Below are positions 51,850-64,000 of a stretch of DNA of 64,000 bases, in pieces. Made by a program: the position numbers and the translations under genes. The stretch is from NCBI RefSeq assembly GCF_009834535.1, contig NC_045696.1, forward strand, positions 30,692,001-30,756,000, in the 5' to 3' direction. Position 1 is the stretch's first letter. Every line of letters begins with the position of its first letter. The notes under the pieces were generated by a model. That model did not search any database. It was not told where the DNA came from and saw only the letters and a program-made list of their open reading frames with translations. Source of the DNA: Camelus ferus. Taxonomy: Eukaryota.

Positions 51850-52690
51850 AATCTATCAGCACGGGGTCACAGATTCTTATTTTTCTTTTTAGATTAGATT
51901 TTAATACAACTATCATTTTATTCTTGTTGAACTTATTCCAAGTTTGGCCATTGGCAACTCTTATATGTTGACTCTGTCCTTTTGATATGCTTTTTTTTTT
52001 TTTTTCCCTTTTCTCACTCTCTTTCCTCCTGGCACTTTAAAACACACAAGGCTTATCTTGCATTTTTCACGTCCAGTTCCAGAATCAGCCATGTCACCAA
52101 GTCACCTTGGCTCCTTTTATTGGAGAATGGCGTTAGAAACTAAAATTTGGATACTGGGTGTGCTCATTGCTCCTGAATTATCATTGTGTCTAGGTCCTTT
52201 CAACATAACAAAGCTAGAAATTATGAATTTCTCCTAGTGTCTTTACACACATATACTTTTATGTGTTCCTATCTATCTGTGTATTTATTCACATGTTACG
52301 TGTATATTTATATAAATTCATGCTATCTCCCACTTTAATCTCACCACGGTAACATTTTATCATGGTCTCCCTCCTCCTACTCCCTTGCTTGTTTGTAACT
52401 GCTTTCTCCGGCAGTGAGGGACCTGGCTCTCATTACCTGCAATATACTTATTTATCCAACTCTAAGATACATGTGAAATAATTTCAGAATTGAAAACCTA
52501 TACTGCTGTAAGGAACAAATTTTCCCAAGTAGAGTACAGTGTGTGTACATAGTTTTTCTTTTTTGCTTTGGTTTAAAATATACTCTCAAAACACTGATTT
52601 CCAGGTTTACTTAGCACATTTTTCCATACTCTCTTCAGTAAGGAATTTGTAGTTAGTTTCATCTGAGTCTGTATTCCATTCTGGGATCCC
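51850..52690 (-). mobile_element. Old L1 3'UTR (L1MC/L1MD-like)
   Basis: 'agtttggccattggcaactc...ccagaatcagccat...ccttggctccttttattggagaatgg..ttagaaactaaaatttgg..ctgggtgtgctcattgct'. Confidence 0.6.
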
Positions 52691-53352
52691 TTGCTACTCT
52701 TGTTTTTTTTTTTTAATTTACATAAAAATGTTTACTCTTTTTGGTGTATAGTTTTAACAAAGGCATACAGTTGGACATCCACCACCACAGTCCTCATTCC
52801 TAAAAATTCTCCTGTGCAAGAGTGTATACACAGAATCATACCTAACATAAAGGGAGGCTCAGCAATGTTGTCTGACCAAATGCCTAGGTAGAACGAGAAA
52901 ATGGCAATAATGGATGCTGTTAGATGGCCCTACCAGAGATACTTCATTATTTTTCCCATGTAATTTTTTTTTATGTTATCCCTTATCTCTCTTCCAGTCC
53001 TTTTAGGATAGCTGCAATAGTACAAATTCACTAAAAGTGTATATAACAGATGCATATTTTGAACATTAAAAGCAAAAAGAAATGAATGAATGATAAATAC
53101 ATATATATAAGGACACATATGCATCTTAGTTAAAATGAAGTAATGTGAGAAAAGTAGCAAACCAATTATTTAGATAGCAGAAGAGATTAGTCTTCTAAAT
53201 TTAATATCAGTTTTAAAATTATAAATATTGTAAAGGAGAGACTATTTTTTTAATAGAAGAGGGAGATGCCAGATTTTCAATCCAGCAGAATTTCTACAGA
53301 AATGTAGCACGATGATCAGAAATTTGAAAGAGAATGGCAACCTCACATACAT

Positions 53353-53770
53353 GTATTACGTAGTTTTGCAGTGCCTTCCCACTGAAAACAGGGCATGCTT
53401 TCTTAACTCTTGGAATTTGGGTTTGGCCCTCTAACTTTTGCCAAGTGAATGATGTGGACGAGCACGTGTGCCTTTGCAAACCTTCAGCCTTAAAAGGCTT
53501 CACATTTCTGCTTCTCCTTTTCTGGCTCTGACAACTCCATGATGAATGCCTCATGGAGGCACATGTGGAGCAGAGCTGAGCTCACTCTAGGTGAGGAACT
53601 GCACCCAGTCTGATCCACAGATTGAAGCACAGCAACCCAGCCACTCACTCCCCTTCAGCTATTCCTCAGCCAAAATGCGGACTTAAGAGTGATTAAAATA
53701 AAACCAGTGTTGCTTTAAGGCAGTCATCTAGTTATGGGCAGGTTTGTTACACAGCAACAGCTAACTGACA
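53353..53770 (+). mobile_element. MaLR solo LTR (MLT1G/H-like)
   Basis: 'catgtggagcagagctgagc...ttgctttaagg...gtttgttacacagcaacagctaactgaca'. Confidence 0.55.
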
Positions 53771-54561
53771 GAATCCATGTTACATCTTCCAGTTGTTTGC
53801 AGAGTTGACACTGTGAAGGATTATGTCAAATAATCTACTCATTACTTTAGTCAATCACATAGACTGGAGAAATACAAGCATGTCAATTGCATGGCTGAAC
53901 ACTTGAGATGGTTTTATAATTCTTTCAATATACGTGGATAGAAGAGAAAAAGAAAAAAAATTTTAAAGGAGGGGTTTCCCCTTATACTGTCTTGCTTACA
54001 CAAGCTGCTTTCCCTAGGGCTCTGGCCAGAAATCTGGTTTCCCTCTGGGTTTTTCATGCTTATTGGGCAGTTCTGCACTGGGGCTACTGTTGAATCAGCT
54101 AAGTGTCCTCTTAGTACCTGTGGCTATGAGCTGATTTCATATGTATGGTTATGTTGTCTTGTGAGGACCATATCCTTCAGGCTCTGACAATTGTCCAGTG
54201 CTTTGGGATTTAAAATGCATTTATACAACACATCACCATGTCTATAGTCTTAGTGTAGGAACAGAAGGCATTGTGCCTCTCATTTCCCAAATAGGAGGAA
54301 ATGCCCTGTGCCAAGAAATGTAATGCAGTAGAATTGTCAAAGAATGTATGAAATCATTTATGTAAATTGGGAAATATAAGCCATAATTCTTGACATGTAA
54401 TGAGGTAAATATAGCAAGCTTTCAAATACAGAACTTCAAAATATAAAGAAAACTCTGAGTACACTGGTATAACTTACTGGAAAGGAACAGTTTATTTATG
54501 ATATATTTGCTTGATATTGTTTTGCCTCCTCTTCTGACTGTCTCGTTTGTTCATGTACATC

Positions 54562-54905
54562 TGTCTTAATTCATTCAGGCTGCTGTAACAAAATAGCACA
54601 AACTGGGTAGCTTATAAAAAAAACTTAGATTTATTTCTCACGGTTCTGGAAGCTGGAAGTCCGAGATCAGGGTGCCAGCATGGTTGTGTGAAGGACCTGT
54701 TCCTGGTTGCAGACTCCTCATTGTATCCTTATGTGACAGAAGGGGCCAGGGAGCTTTGTGGGTTCTTTCTTAGAAGAGTACAAATCCCATTCATGAAGGC
54801 TCCACATACTCACCCCACAAAGTATACACCTCCTAAAAACATCACATTGAATATTAGGGTTTCAACATGTGAATTTTGGGGGACACAAACATTCAGACCA
54901 TAGCA
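54562..54905 (-). mobile_element. MaLR solo LTR (MLT1A-like)
   Basis: 'tgtcttaattcattcaggctgctgtaacaaaatagcacaaactgggtagcttata...tttcaacatgtgaattttggggacacaaacattcagaccatagca'. Confidence 0.8.
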
Positions 54906-55258
54906 ATCTATTTATTATTTGATGATACTAAAATTACTACTTTTATTTTAGTCATTTCTTACTTCTCATATTATTGTTTCCATTGCATTGATAACAATAG
55001 TCATTTAAAATTATGTTATAATAAACATTTGTTATGATGTATTTTTGCGGAATGCCCATGAGTTTACTAAACATTATGGTATCTGAATGCAGAAACTAAA
55101 TTTTTTTATAATCAAAAATTAGTATATTTTTATTTCTTAATTTAGATTTAGCATATGATACAGTTCAAAGCCAGAATACTAACCCTTTCTTAATTTGTGA
55201 ATATAAGTGACTGGTTAGCAAACAGTATCAGTCTTCTAAGTATATAAAATATATGTAG

Positions 55259-55262
<4 letters not shown>

Positions 55263-55296
<34 letters not shown>
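55263..55296. repeat. (AT)17 microsatellite
   Basis: directly visible. Confidence 0.95.
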
Positions 55297-55303
<7 letters not shown>

Positions 55304-55731
55304 AAACATTTGAATTTATGGAAGGTGTGTAAATCAAAGTTTAGTTATGGAAAAGACTCTTTAATAGGTCAAGAAATTTCTATTTACAAAAAAAAATCTC
55401 TGGTAAAATTCAGAAAGAAAAAAAATGGCATTTTAAATAATCGAAACTGTGTTGTGAATATTGACTTTCCAGTGAATTGGCTAATGAGTTTGCTTATTTG
55501 AAATGAGTTAAAATATTAAATTCATAGATAATACCAAATTAAGTTTTAAAATTTCTTATAAGGCACTATTTTCTGTTAATAAGACTGGGTTAATCAATTT
55601 TACTTCTTATGAAAAAAATAGAGCAGTTTGAAATCAGAACATAAAGGATAATATATCTTTCAGGAATCAATATTATAAATTAATTTGCATCAATAGTTAC
55701 AAAGTTTAATTGAATAGCTGGAAAACAAATT

Positions 55732-56205
55732 TGTTAGACAGAATACCCCCACCAAAGGTCTCCATATCCTAACATTGTAATACTGTTAATATTTTAACCT
55801 ACATGGAAAAAGAAACTGTGCAGATGTGGTTAAATTAAGGAATTTGAGATGGAGAGATTATCCTGGATGACCTGGGTGGGTCCAGTATAATCACAAGAGT
55901 CCTTAGAGGTGGAAGTGGAAGGCAGGAGGATTAGAGTCAGGGGAGCAGAGGATGGAGTGATGTAATTGCTGGCTTGGAAATGGGAGGGGGACATAAGCCA
56001 ATGAATACAGCAGCCTGCACAGGATGGAAGAGGCAAGGGAAAGGGTTTTTTCACTAGAGCATTTGAAGAAACACATCATGATGAAACCTTGATTTTAGCC
56101 CAGTGAGACTAATTTCTGACTTCTAAATGCTGATACTATATGGTAATAAATTTATGTTTAAGCCACTAAATTTGTGGTAATTTGTCACATTGGCAGTGGT
56201 AAACT
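55732..56205 (+). mobile_element. MaLR solo LTR (MLT1D-like)
   Basis: 'gcagatgtggttaaattaagg...gagatggagagattatcctggat...accttgattttagcccagtgagac...taagccactaaatttgtggtaatttgt'. Confidence 0.8.
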
Positions 56206-56539
56206 TTGCATGTGCAAAGGCAATTAAAGAACAGACAACTTAGACAGTTATCTAAATTTAAAATAGATTCTTCGTTTTCTTTGATATTTAAAGCAGAACT
56301 AAGTCTAATTTAACCAGCATTTCAAAAAATTCCCTGCATAGAATCTCCTTTGATTTGTATAAGATAAAGCTGAAACTCATGAAAAATTTGATATAGCTGC
56401 AATAAAATTTTGGGTGAGACAGGAATATTATGTCACTTTTTAAATTTAATTACATTGTGAGAAAGAATAAGATTTTTGAAGCAACTTGTCCTTTTATTGT
56501 AATGTATTGTTCATGCACTGTAGATTCAGTGGAACATTT

Positions 56540-57597
56540 TTAAAATTTAAAAAAAAATTTATTGAAGTATAAATGATTTACAATGTTGTATTAGTTTCTA
56601 GTGTACAGTATATTGATTCAACTATACATACATGTATTTACATATTCTTTATCATTGTAGGTTATTACAATATTTTGAATATAGTTCCCTGCGCTAAACA
56701 GTAAAACCTTGTTTTTCTATTTTCTATTTGGTCATTAGTATCTGCAGATCTCAGACTCCTAATTTATCCCTCCCTCCCCCTTCGCCCTCTAGTCACCATA
56801 AGTTTTTTTCCCATGTGCATCTATGTCTGTTTTGTAAATAAGTTCATTTGTATCATTTTTTTACATTCCAAATATGTGATATCATATGATATTTGTCTTT
56901 CTCTGTTTGACTTACTTTTCTTAGTACGATAATCTCTAGGTCCATCCATGTTATTGCAAATGGTAGAATTTTATTCTTTTTTATGGTTGAGTAGTATTCT
57001 GTTGTATATAGATCACATCTTCTTTATTCAGTCATCAGCTGACGGACATTTAGGTTGCTTCCATGTTTTGGCTATTGTAAATAGTGCTGCTATGAACTTG
57101 AGGGTGCATGTATCTTTTTGAACTAAAGTGTCCTCTGGATATATGACCAAAAGTGGGATTGCTGAGTCATAGGGTAAGTCTACTTTTAGTTTTTTTTTTT
57201 TTTTTTTTTAAGGAATCTCCATACTGTTTTCCATAGTTTCTGTACCAAATTACATTTCCACCAACAGTTGTAAGAGGGCTCCCTTTTCCTTTTCTCCACA
57301 CCCTCTCCAGCATTTATCATTTGTGGACTTGTTAATGATGGCTATTCTGAGTGGTGTGAGGGGTGATACATCATTGTAGTTTTGATTTGTATTTCTCTTT
57401 GTATAATTAGCAATATTGAGCATCTTTTCATGAGCCTCTTGGCCATCTGCATGTCTTCATTGGAGAAATGTCTGTTTAGATTTGATTGCATTTTTGTTGC
57501 TGTTGTTTTTATTGAGTTGTATGAGCTATTTGTATATTCTGGAATTTGAGCCCTTGTGGGTCTCATTGTTTGCAGATATTTTCTCCCAGTCCATAGG
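56540..57597 (-). mobile_element. 5'-truncated L1 with TSD
   Basis: 11-bp TSD gtggaacattt at 56529-56539 and 57598-57608; ORF 57342-57566 ([20 protein letters not shown]). Confidence 0.9.
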
Positions 57598-57969
57598 GTG
57601 GAACATTTAAAAAAAAAATCTCTAAACTCAGAAAGGGATAGTCTGAAGAAAACTATGTAGTTAGTTTAAAAAAGTGTTGGCCAATACATCGGTGTGCGAC
57701 TTTAGTGATGATAGGTGAGCTCATGAAGGTTAAGATAGGAAGTTCTATCAAATGATTAGTCAAATCATTTGGGATTCAAATGGTTTGTCAAAATCGGTTT
57801 GCAAACTTGAAGTTTCTGTGTTTTTTAAAATGTCTAGTGTTTTAAAAAGTAATACTTAAGCTGTAACTAATATTACTGATAAATATGGATTATGAGGATA
57901 GCTAGCAAACAGTAGGAGAATGTTTCATCATGTTCTGTGGTTTGGTAAAAACTGATTAAGAGTTTTCTG

Positions 57970-58160
57970 ACTTAATACTCACAATAATTTCATGAGGTAT
58001 GCATTGTTATTAGTCCCATTTTACAGATGAAGAAAATGAGGTTTAAGGTGGATAAATCACTTGTTTAAATTTCCATGGTTAATAAATGGCAATGCTGAGA
58101 GCTGAACCCAAGAAATAAGATTTTGCCACTCACTCTTGTAACCAATTCAATATATTGCCT
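57970..58160 (-). mobile_element. MIR remnant
   Basis: 'ttattagtcccattttacagatgaagaaaatgaggttta'. Confidence 0.6.
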
Positions 58161-58533
58161 CTCTAGAAGGTAGAAGAAATAATCAGTCTATTTATTTTCT
58201 GAAGAATATATTTCAAATGTAATTTGGACACAATTTATTTATCAAAAATTTCTATACATTTCCAATTGAAGTTTTTAATTTTTGGAGGAGAATAATTCTG
58301 AAAAAATGTTAGCAATTCGGGTATGTTTTTTCCTAATTTTTCAGAAAAACTATATAAGATGTCCTTTAGGATTTACTATTAATTCACTAAATATATGTTT
58401 ATCACCTTCATAATATTCTAAAATTAAAATATACAACTAATTTTATTCAGAAAAAGCCACTGATAAGAAGCAATGTTTAAAAAGCTTAAAGCATTTACAG
58501 ATTTGATACAAGAATAAATAAAGAACTTCGGTG

Positions 58534-59538
58534 CTGCAAATGACATGCCTGATAAGAGGTTACTATCCAAAATATATAAAAGTATATACAGCTCAATATC
58601 AAAAAGCAAATATTAAAAATGGGCAAATACCTGAGTAGATGTTTTTCCCAAAAATGTATGCAGATGGCCAAAGGCACATGAAAAGATGCTCAACATTGCT
58701 AATTATCAGAGAAATGCAAATCAAAACTACAGTGAGATATATCACCTCAAACCTATTGGAATAGCTATCATAAAAAGCCTATAAATAACAAATGTTGCCT
58801 AGGATGTAGAGAAAAGGGAACCCTTAAACACTGTTGATGGGAATGTAAATTGTTGCAGCTACTGCAACAATTGGAAAACTGTATGGAGGTTCCTCAAAAA
58901 ACTAAAAATAGAACTACTATATATGATCCAGTAATTTCACTCCTGGATAAATATACAAAGAAACTAAAAACACTAATTTCAAAAAGATACATGCACCCCA
59001 ATACTCATAGCAGCATCTTTTAAAACAGCCAAGTGTCCATCAACAGATTAATGGAAAGAAAATTTGATGTGTGTGTGTATATATACACACACACATACAC
59101 AATGGTATATTATTCAGTCATAAAAAGAAATTCTACCATTTGCAAAAATATGGATGGACCTAGAGGGTACTATTCTTATGAAATGTCCGGCAGAGAAAGA
59201 CAATTACTATATATAATCACTTATATGAGAGATCTGAAAAATATACAAGTGAATATAGCAAAATATAAACAGACTCACAGGTATAGAGAACAGACTGGTG
59301 GTTACCAGTGAAGAAAAGGAGAAGGGGATATACAGAGTGATGGTAGGGAATTGAGAGGTATAAACTCTTGTGTATAAAATGGATAGGCTACAGGAATGTA
59401 TTCAACCTCCCAGGGAAATACAGCTATTGTTGTATGATGACTTTAAATGGAATATAACCTACAGAAATGTTGAGTTGCTATGTTGTGCACCTGAAACTGA
59501 TACAGTGTTGTAAATCAACTCTAATTCAATTTACAACA
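58534..59538 (+). mobile_element. 5'-truncated L1 with TSD
   Basis: 14-bp TSD aaagaactt(c/a)ggtg at 58520-58533 and 59539-59552; ORF2 C-terminal motifs and 3'UTR ending 'tgtaaatcaactctaattcaat'. Confidence 0.9.
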
Positions 59539-61510
59539 AAAGAACTTAGGTGTCACTGATTTTACACGTAGTTAAATTTTGTTTAAAAATGATTTTATCT
59601 TGTATTGATGATTTTAGCAATATATTTTTCTTAGTTGCAATCTCATAATATGCTCATTTAATCTAAAATACTGGATTTTCATTAGTTTAGTCAATACCTG
59701 CAGCCATTTCAGGAAGATAATTCTTCAATTTGCATAGCTAGTCATGTTCTGTGAGATTATACAGGACAGTGGACACAAAGTGGTCTAGCACTAGTGTCTA
59801 TGGAATAGAAGCTGATGAAGCCTGAAAGATTCAGTGGAATGCTGGCATATTTTCCTACATCACTATGAGATGCTGAATATGTCATCATTAGAACAATCTC
59901 ACATATAAACACTTCATAATTTGGTTGGTGTGCTTTTATTTTTCAAACTTTTACTTGTCATGATGTTTGCTTTTAGTGAAAATATAATAAAAATGACTAA
60001 TTTTATAAGAAAATCATTGTTTTACTAATAAAATGAATAATGAGAATAAAAACATTTAAAATTATGCACATTATATTTTCTATAAGTAGTTTACATTAAT
60101 ATCTACAAGGATCTAACCCTATATATGCAATAATTTTTCTCTCTCTCCCCTTACCTCCCTCCTTTCTCCTTTTTTCTTTCTACTTTGCCATTCTCCCTAG
60201 CCCTGCCCATTCTCTTCTCTCTCCTTCTCTATTTTTCTGCATATTGCAAACAAAGACTTATATCAAAAAAAAAAAAGCCTTAATTTGTGCATTACATCAG
60301 ATTTGTCATAATTTTCACAATGTAGCTAAGGTTAAAAACATTATTTTTGATATGAATGTATTCAGCTCTATGTAGAATGAATAATAGTAACTTCATGTTT
60401 CTTTCTTTTAATTTCTCTATTTATATTATATTTCAGGTTAACCTTTGTACTCAAGTGGTTTCTGGGAGATATTTCATTGATAATAAGGCTACTATTACTC
60501 AAAGTGTGTAAGGAAAGAAAAGCAATGACAAGATTGCACTGATACCTTAAGATTCTGGCGGGAAATTAAATTTCTCTACAATACTCTTTGCTATTCGTTG
60601 CTAACAGTGCTAGCTCTGGTTCCGTACAAAGGCCTGTATTTTACTATTATAAGCTTTCAATAGAAACTGCAGTTTTTATAAAATGGCACTTTTATCTCCC
60701 CAGATTTATAATAATTTCAATTTTTAGCTTTCATTCTTAAAAGGGGATTACAAACTGAGGCAAGGACAAAGCTAGTTTTATTCAAGTAATTGCTGGGCTC
60801 CATAGTATGCAAAAATGCTTCCAGATTATTATTAAAATGGAAAGACTGTGTGGATACCTGTAGTTATTTCATATTTAGCAGCCCTTTTTCACCAGCTTCC
60901 CTGTTTTGGAGCTCATTGACCATTTTCACTAAGCTGGCTCTCTGGGCATCACGCCCAGCTTGGATTAAGGTTTGTTTATTATAATTTACATTATCCAGGA
61001 TAGTGTTTTTAGCTGGTGCCTTAGAAATGATTATAATTAAGTAGCAAGGAATACATTTATTAAGCACATAAGTACATTAGGTCATCAAAGATATTTTTCA
61101 CACATCAGTTCAAATAAAAGGTTTATATATAAAGTATTTTGTGATTTTTGTTAACCTGGTAACCTTTTTTGTCTTTGAGCCAGTTTAGATTGTTCCATGT
61201 CTAGATGGATTAACTTTCTCTTCCTTTTGGTCCAAGAACAACCATGTATTATTAATATCCCTTACAATGTCATATCTTTTAATGACAAGGGAGAATATGA
61301 GCTTTAAGTGACATGTACTTAGGATAAAAGAAGGTGATTAGATGGGTGTAAGCTAAAATGAGATGACTTAAATACCACACTAATAAGGATTTGCTCAATA
61401 GAACAGAAAATACTCTTAGGTATTCTAGAAGGAAGAGATACATAATACAGGGAATTAAAAGCTAACACAACAATATATACTAGGTAGAGAGAGAAAAGAT
61501 GAGGGAGAAC

Positions 61511-61741
61511 TGTTAGAGCAGGCAGATAGCTAGATATGAGCAGAGAAAGGGGAACACAGACCAAATGGCAGGCATTGGGCAGAAAGGAGGGGCACAGGCC
61601 AAATGCAGGAAACCACACATCATGTAAGCAGCAGGAGTCTGACAAATCCTCACTTTACTTTTTTTAACCACTAGTCTTGTCTCTGAATTCTTTCTGGGAC
61701 AGGACAGGAACCTGGTACACCGGTTGCATCTATAGGCAACA
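61511..61741 (+). mobile_element. Short (231-bp) ERV1-like solo LTR
   Basis: TGTT...AACA termini; 4-bp TSD GAAC at 61507-61510 and 61742-61745; U3-like tandem repeat; U5-like 'tcttgtctctgaattctttctg...ggaacc'. Confidence 0.75.
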
Positions 61742-63449
61742 GAACCACTCATGAAATTCAGAAAAATCAGGAAAAATGAAGAAAGAAACTGCAACAATTT
61801 TTTATGTATAAGTCATAAAAGAAAACGGTAAATTTTTTATTTACAATTCTCACCATCAATAGTATATCTATTTCCTGATTGTATTGTTGCTTAATAGTTA
61901 AAACAGCAGTATTTGGAGGAGACTGTAATCTAGCGCTCCAGTGCTGTTTTATTTCAAGAACACATAATGAGTCTAGGCAGCCACTTCTGGGGTGAAATCT
62001 TAATTTTAAATTTGAACAAGCTATCAAGAACTACAAAATACAAGGACAGACACAAATCATCAGAGACATGACATTACAAAGTAAATTATTTACATTAGAA
62101 GAAACAGTTAATAAACCAATATAAAGGACTTTAATAATTTATATACTAAAGTGAAAAAGAATTAGTTAATAAAGCAATATAAATAAAACTTAATAGTTTA
62201 TATACAAAGTAAAAAGAGAAGCCAGGTGGCTGGAGAAAGTTACTCTGGATTAGGTGGGAAAGCATGGAAAGGTAAAGTGAGTGCAGATGATGTAAGAGAT
62301 ATAAAGAAAATGGAAATTTATAGCTGCAATTTTTAATTCTGTACAGATAACATGTACATCCCCAGATTCCTCCTGTAGCTCTAAAAGAGTCCATTTTTGT
62401 TGTCTGTTACAATGTCATGCCATTTTTTACTCATTGATTCAAAGTCCATGTTGTTTTAAAATATAATAAATAATCTTCTGAACATTAGACTTCTCTAAAA
62501 AACAAATCTGCATTTATCAATTAGTGTAAATCTAATGTCTGTTTTATTTCCAACATCCTATTGGTCTTATCTTGACCTGAACACATAGGACAGTTAGGAT
62601 AGGGAAGAAAACTACTGAGCTTGTTTTATATCCCCCAAGTCCCACCCCTAGGAAGTCCTGGACCGCTGAAAGGTAGAGCAAATTAGACATCGGGACAAGT
62701 GGACAGCAGAGTGTGTTACAGAGCGTATGGAGCACAATTATTTTTCACCCCTCAAATTTTTATACAATTACAGCAGTAGGTAAAACAAGCAATTTAAAAT
62801 GGAAGGCAGCCTACTTGATTTTTGGTGTTAATGAAAACTGTGCTAGGTTGTAGAAATAACAGGTTTAAAGTAGCACCAGTATCTTTCAAAACCAGAGACT
62901 AAAATCAATGGTTTCATGCATAAGTCCACTTTAAAAATCCTCTATTCATGTCTCCCCAACTGTCTTTAATATGGATTCCCAGGTGTGCTTCTGCTTTACT
63001 TTAGTTACTGCTGATATCATTAAGTTTGTCCTTATTCAAAGATCATTATTGTAATTTGGGTCTCTTACTAGGGCAACTAGAGGCTGTTACCTGTGAGCCT
63101 TTTATTAAATCTTATGCCTTCTTGTACAAGACATCTCACCTTTGTGGTCATAAAATTTTTAAACTTACCAAACTTCTGCCAGTTTCTTCTAGAGTTTTTT
63201 GATCTGTACATCCATTCAAACAGTATCAAAATTACCTTTATTTCTAAGTTTCTTTATTTCTACTTATTTTAAAGCTTGATGCATTTCCTTCATCCTATAC
63301 TATAATTAGACTATAAAGGCTAATTCATTTCTAGATTTCCCGTATGAACTGCCCTCTGTAGCTGCTTCTGACCACTCAAAAGAGTAAGAGAATCTTAATG
63401 ATTATAGAACACAACTCCTAATAATCAGTAAATAATAACCATATGTTAA

Positions 63450-64000
63450 AAAGAAATATGTCTTCCCTGATTGAGATCAATAATGAGAACTATAGTCATA
63501 TTATTCCATATATCACACCAAGAAAATGAAAAATTTAAAAGCTATATGTGACAAAAATCATTTCAAAAAGTTAGATATTAATATTTACTAATAATTTTAA
63601 TAGACTAGATTGAGGAAATAAAATTACAATGCACATTTTTATAAAACTGCCACACTTTCCTACATTTTAAAATATAAGAGCATACCCATTAAATCAGGTA
63701 TAAAGCAAGGGTACTCATTACTACAACTCTTATTTGGCTTTGTTTTAGAAGTGGTGAACAATAGAAGTAGGCAAGAAAAAAGTTTAAAACGTATACATCT
63801 TAACATGCAGTAATTAAAAAATTTCCCCAGAACAAGTTACTGTCTTTTGAAAATCCTCAATACTGAAAAACTATTTTTTTTATAAAAAACATTCAATAGT
63901 CACTGTTTTGTAATCATTTTTGTAATAATCTGTCAACATACAAAAACTGTGTATATATTCTATGAGCTATATTAGTAAGTTAATATAGGTATAAATTAAA
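63450..64000 (+). mobile_element. Ancient L1 ORF2 RT remnant running off the window end
   Basis: 'cccattaaatcaggtataaagcaagggg...ctcttatttggctttgttttagaagtg...aggcaagaaaaa' approximates [28 protein letters not shown]. Confidence 0.55.

Noticed and set aside
61513..61797. Minus-strand ORF resembling a signal peptide followed by a CxxC/Ly6-like start (…SVAYRCNRC…)
   Set aside because: It starts at TTG and runs antisense through the solo LTR, and no further Ly6 cysteine pattern follows.
1..64000. Prokaryotic-type systems (CRISPR arrays, operons, defence islands)
   Set aside because: The sequence is mammalian, with no regularly spaced repeat array or gene-dense region.

Overview
This is AT-rich, repeat-dense mammalian genomic DNA. 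It is most likely camelid, judged from a Vic-1-type tRNA-derived SINE at 29301-29472. I cannot support any intact protein-coding gene, RNA gene or CRISPR array. The ORF track entries are decayed LINE-1 ORF1/ORF2 pieces, antisense frames of repeats, or noise. The main structure is a full-length minus-strand L1 (36978-46880, 12-bp target-site duplication, TSD). Inserted into it is a younger 3.06-kb ORF2-less 'half-L1' (37622-40680) with its own 12-bp TSD, made of a CpG-rich 5'UTR, ORF1 and an L1 3' end. Its internal deletion junction falls about 5 nt from the position homologous to its own insertion site. Other notable items: a twin-primed (5'-inverted) L1 with an (AT)15 repeat at the inversion junction and a nested SINE; a 231-bp ERV1-like solo LTR; an ERVL/MaLR pol relic; and a 40-bp dispersed duplication within a cluster of AP-1 motifs. 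Repeat family names come from recalled consensus similarity and need RepeatMasker/Dfam confirmation. Boundaries of old repeats are approximate.
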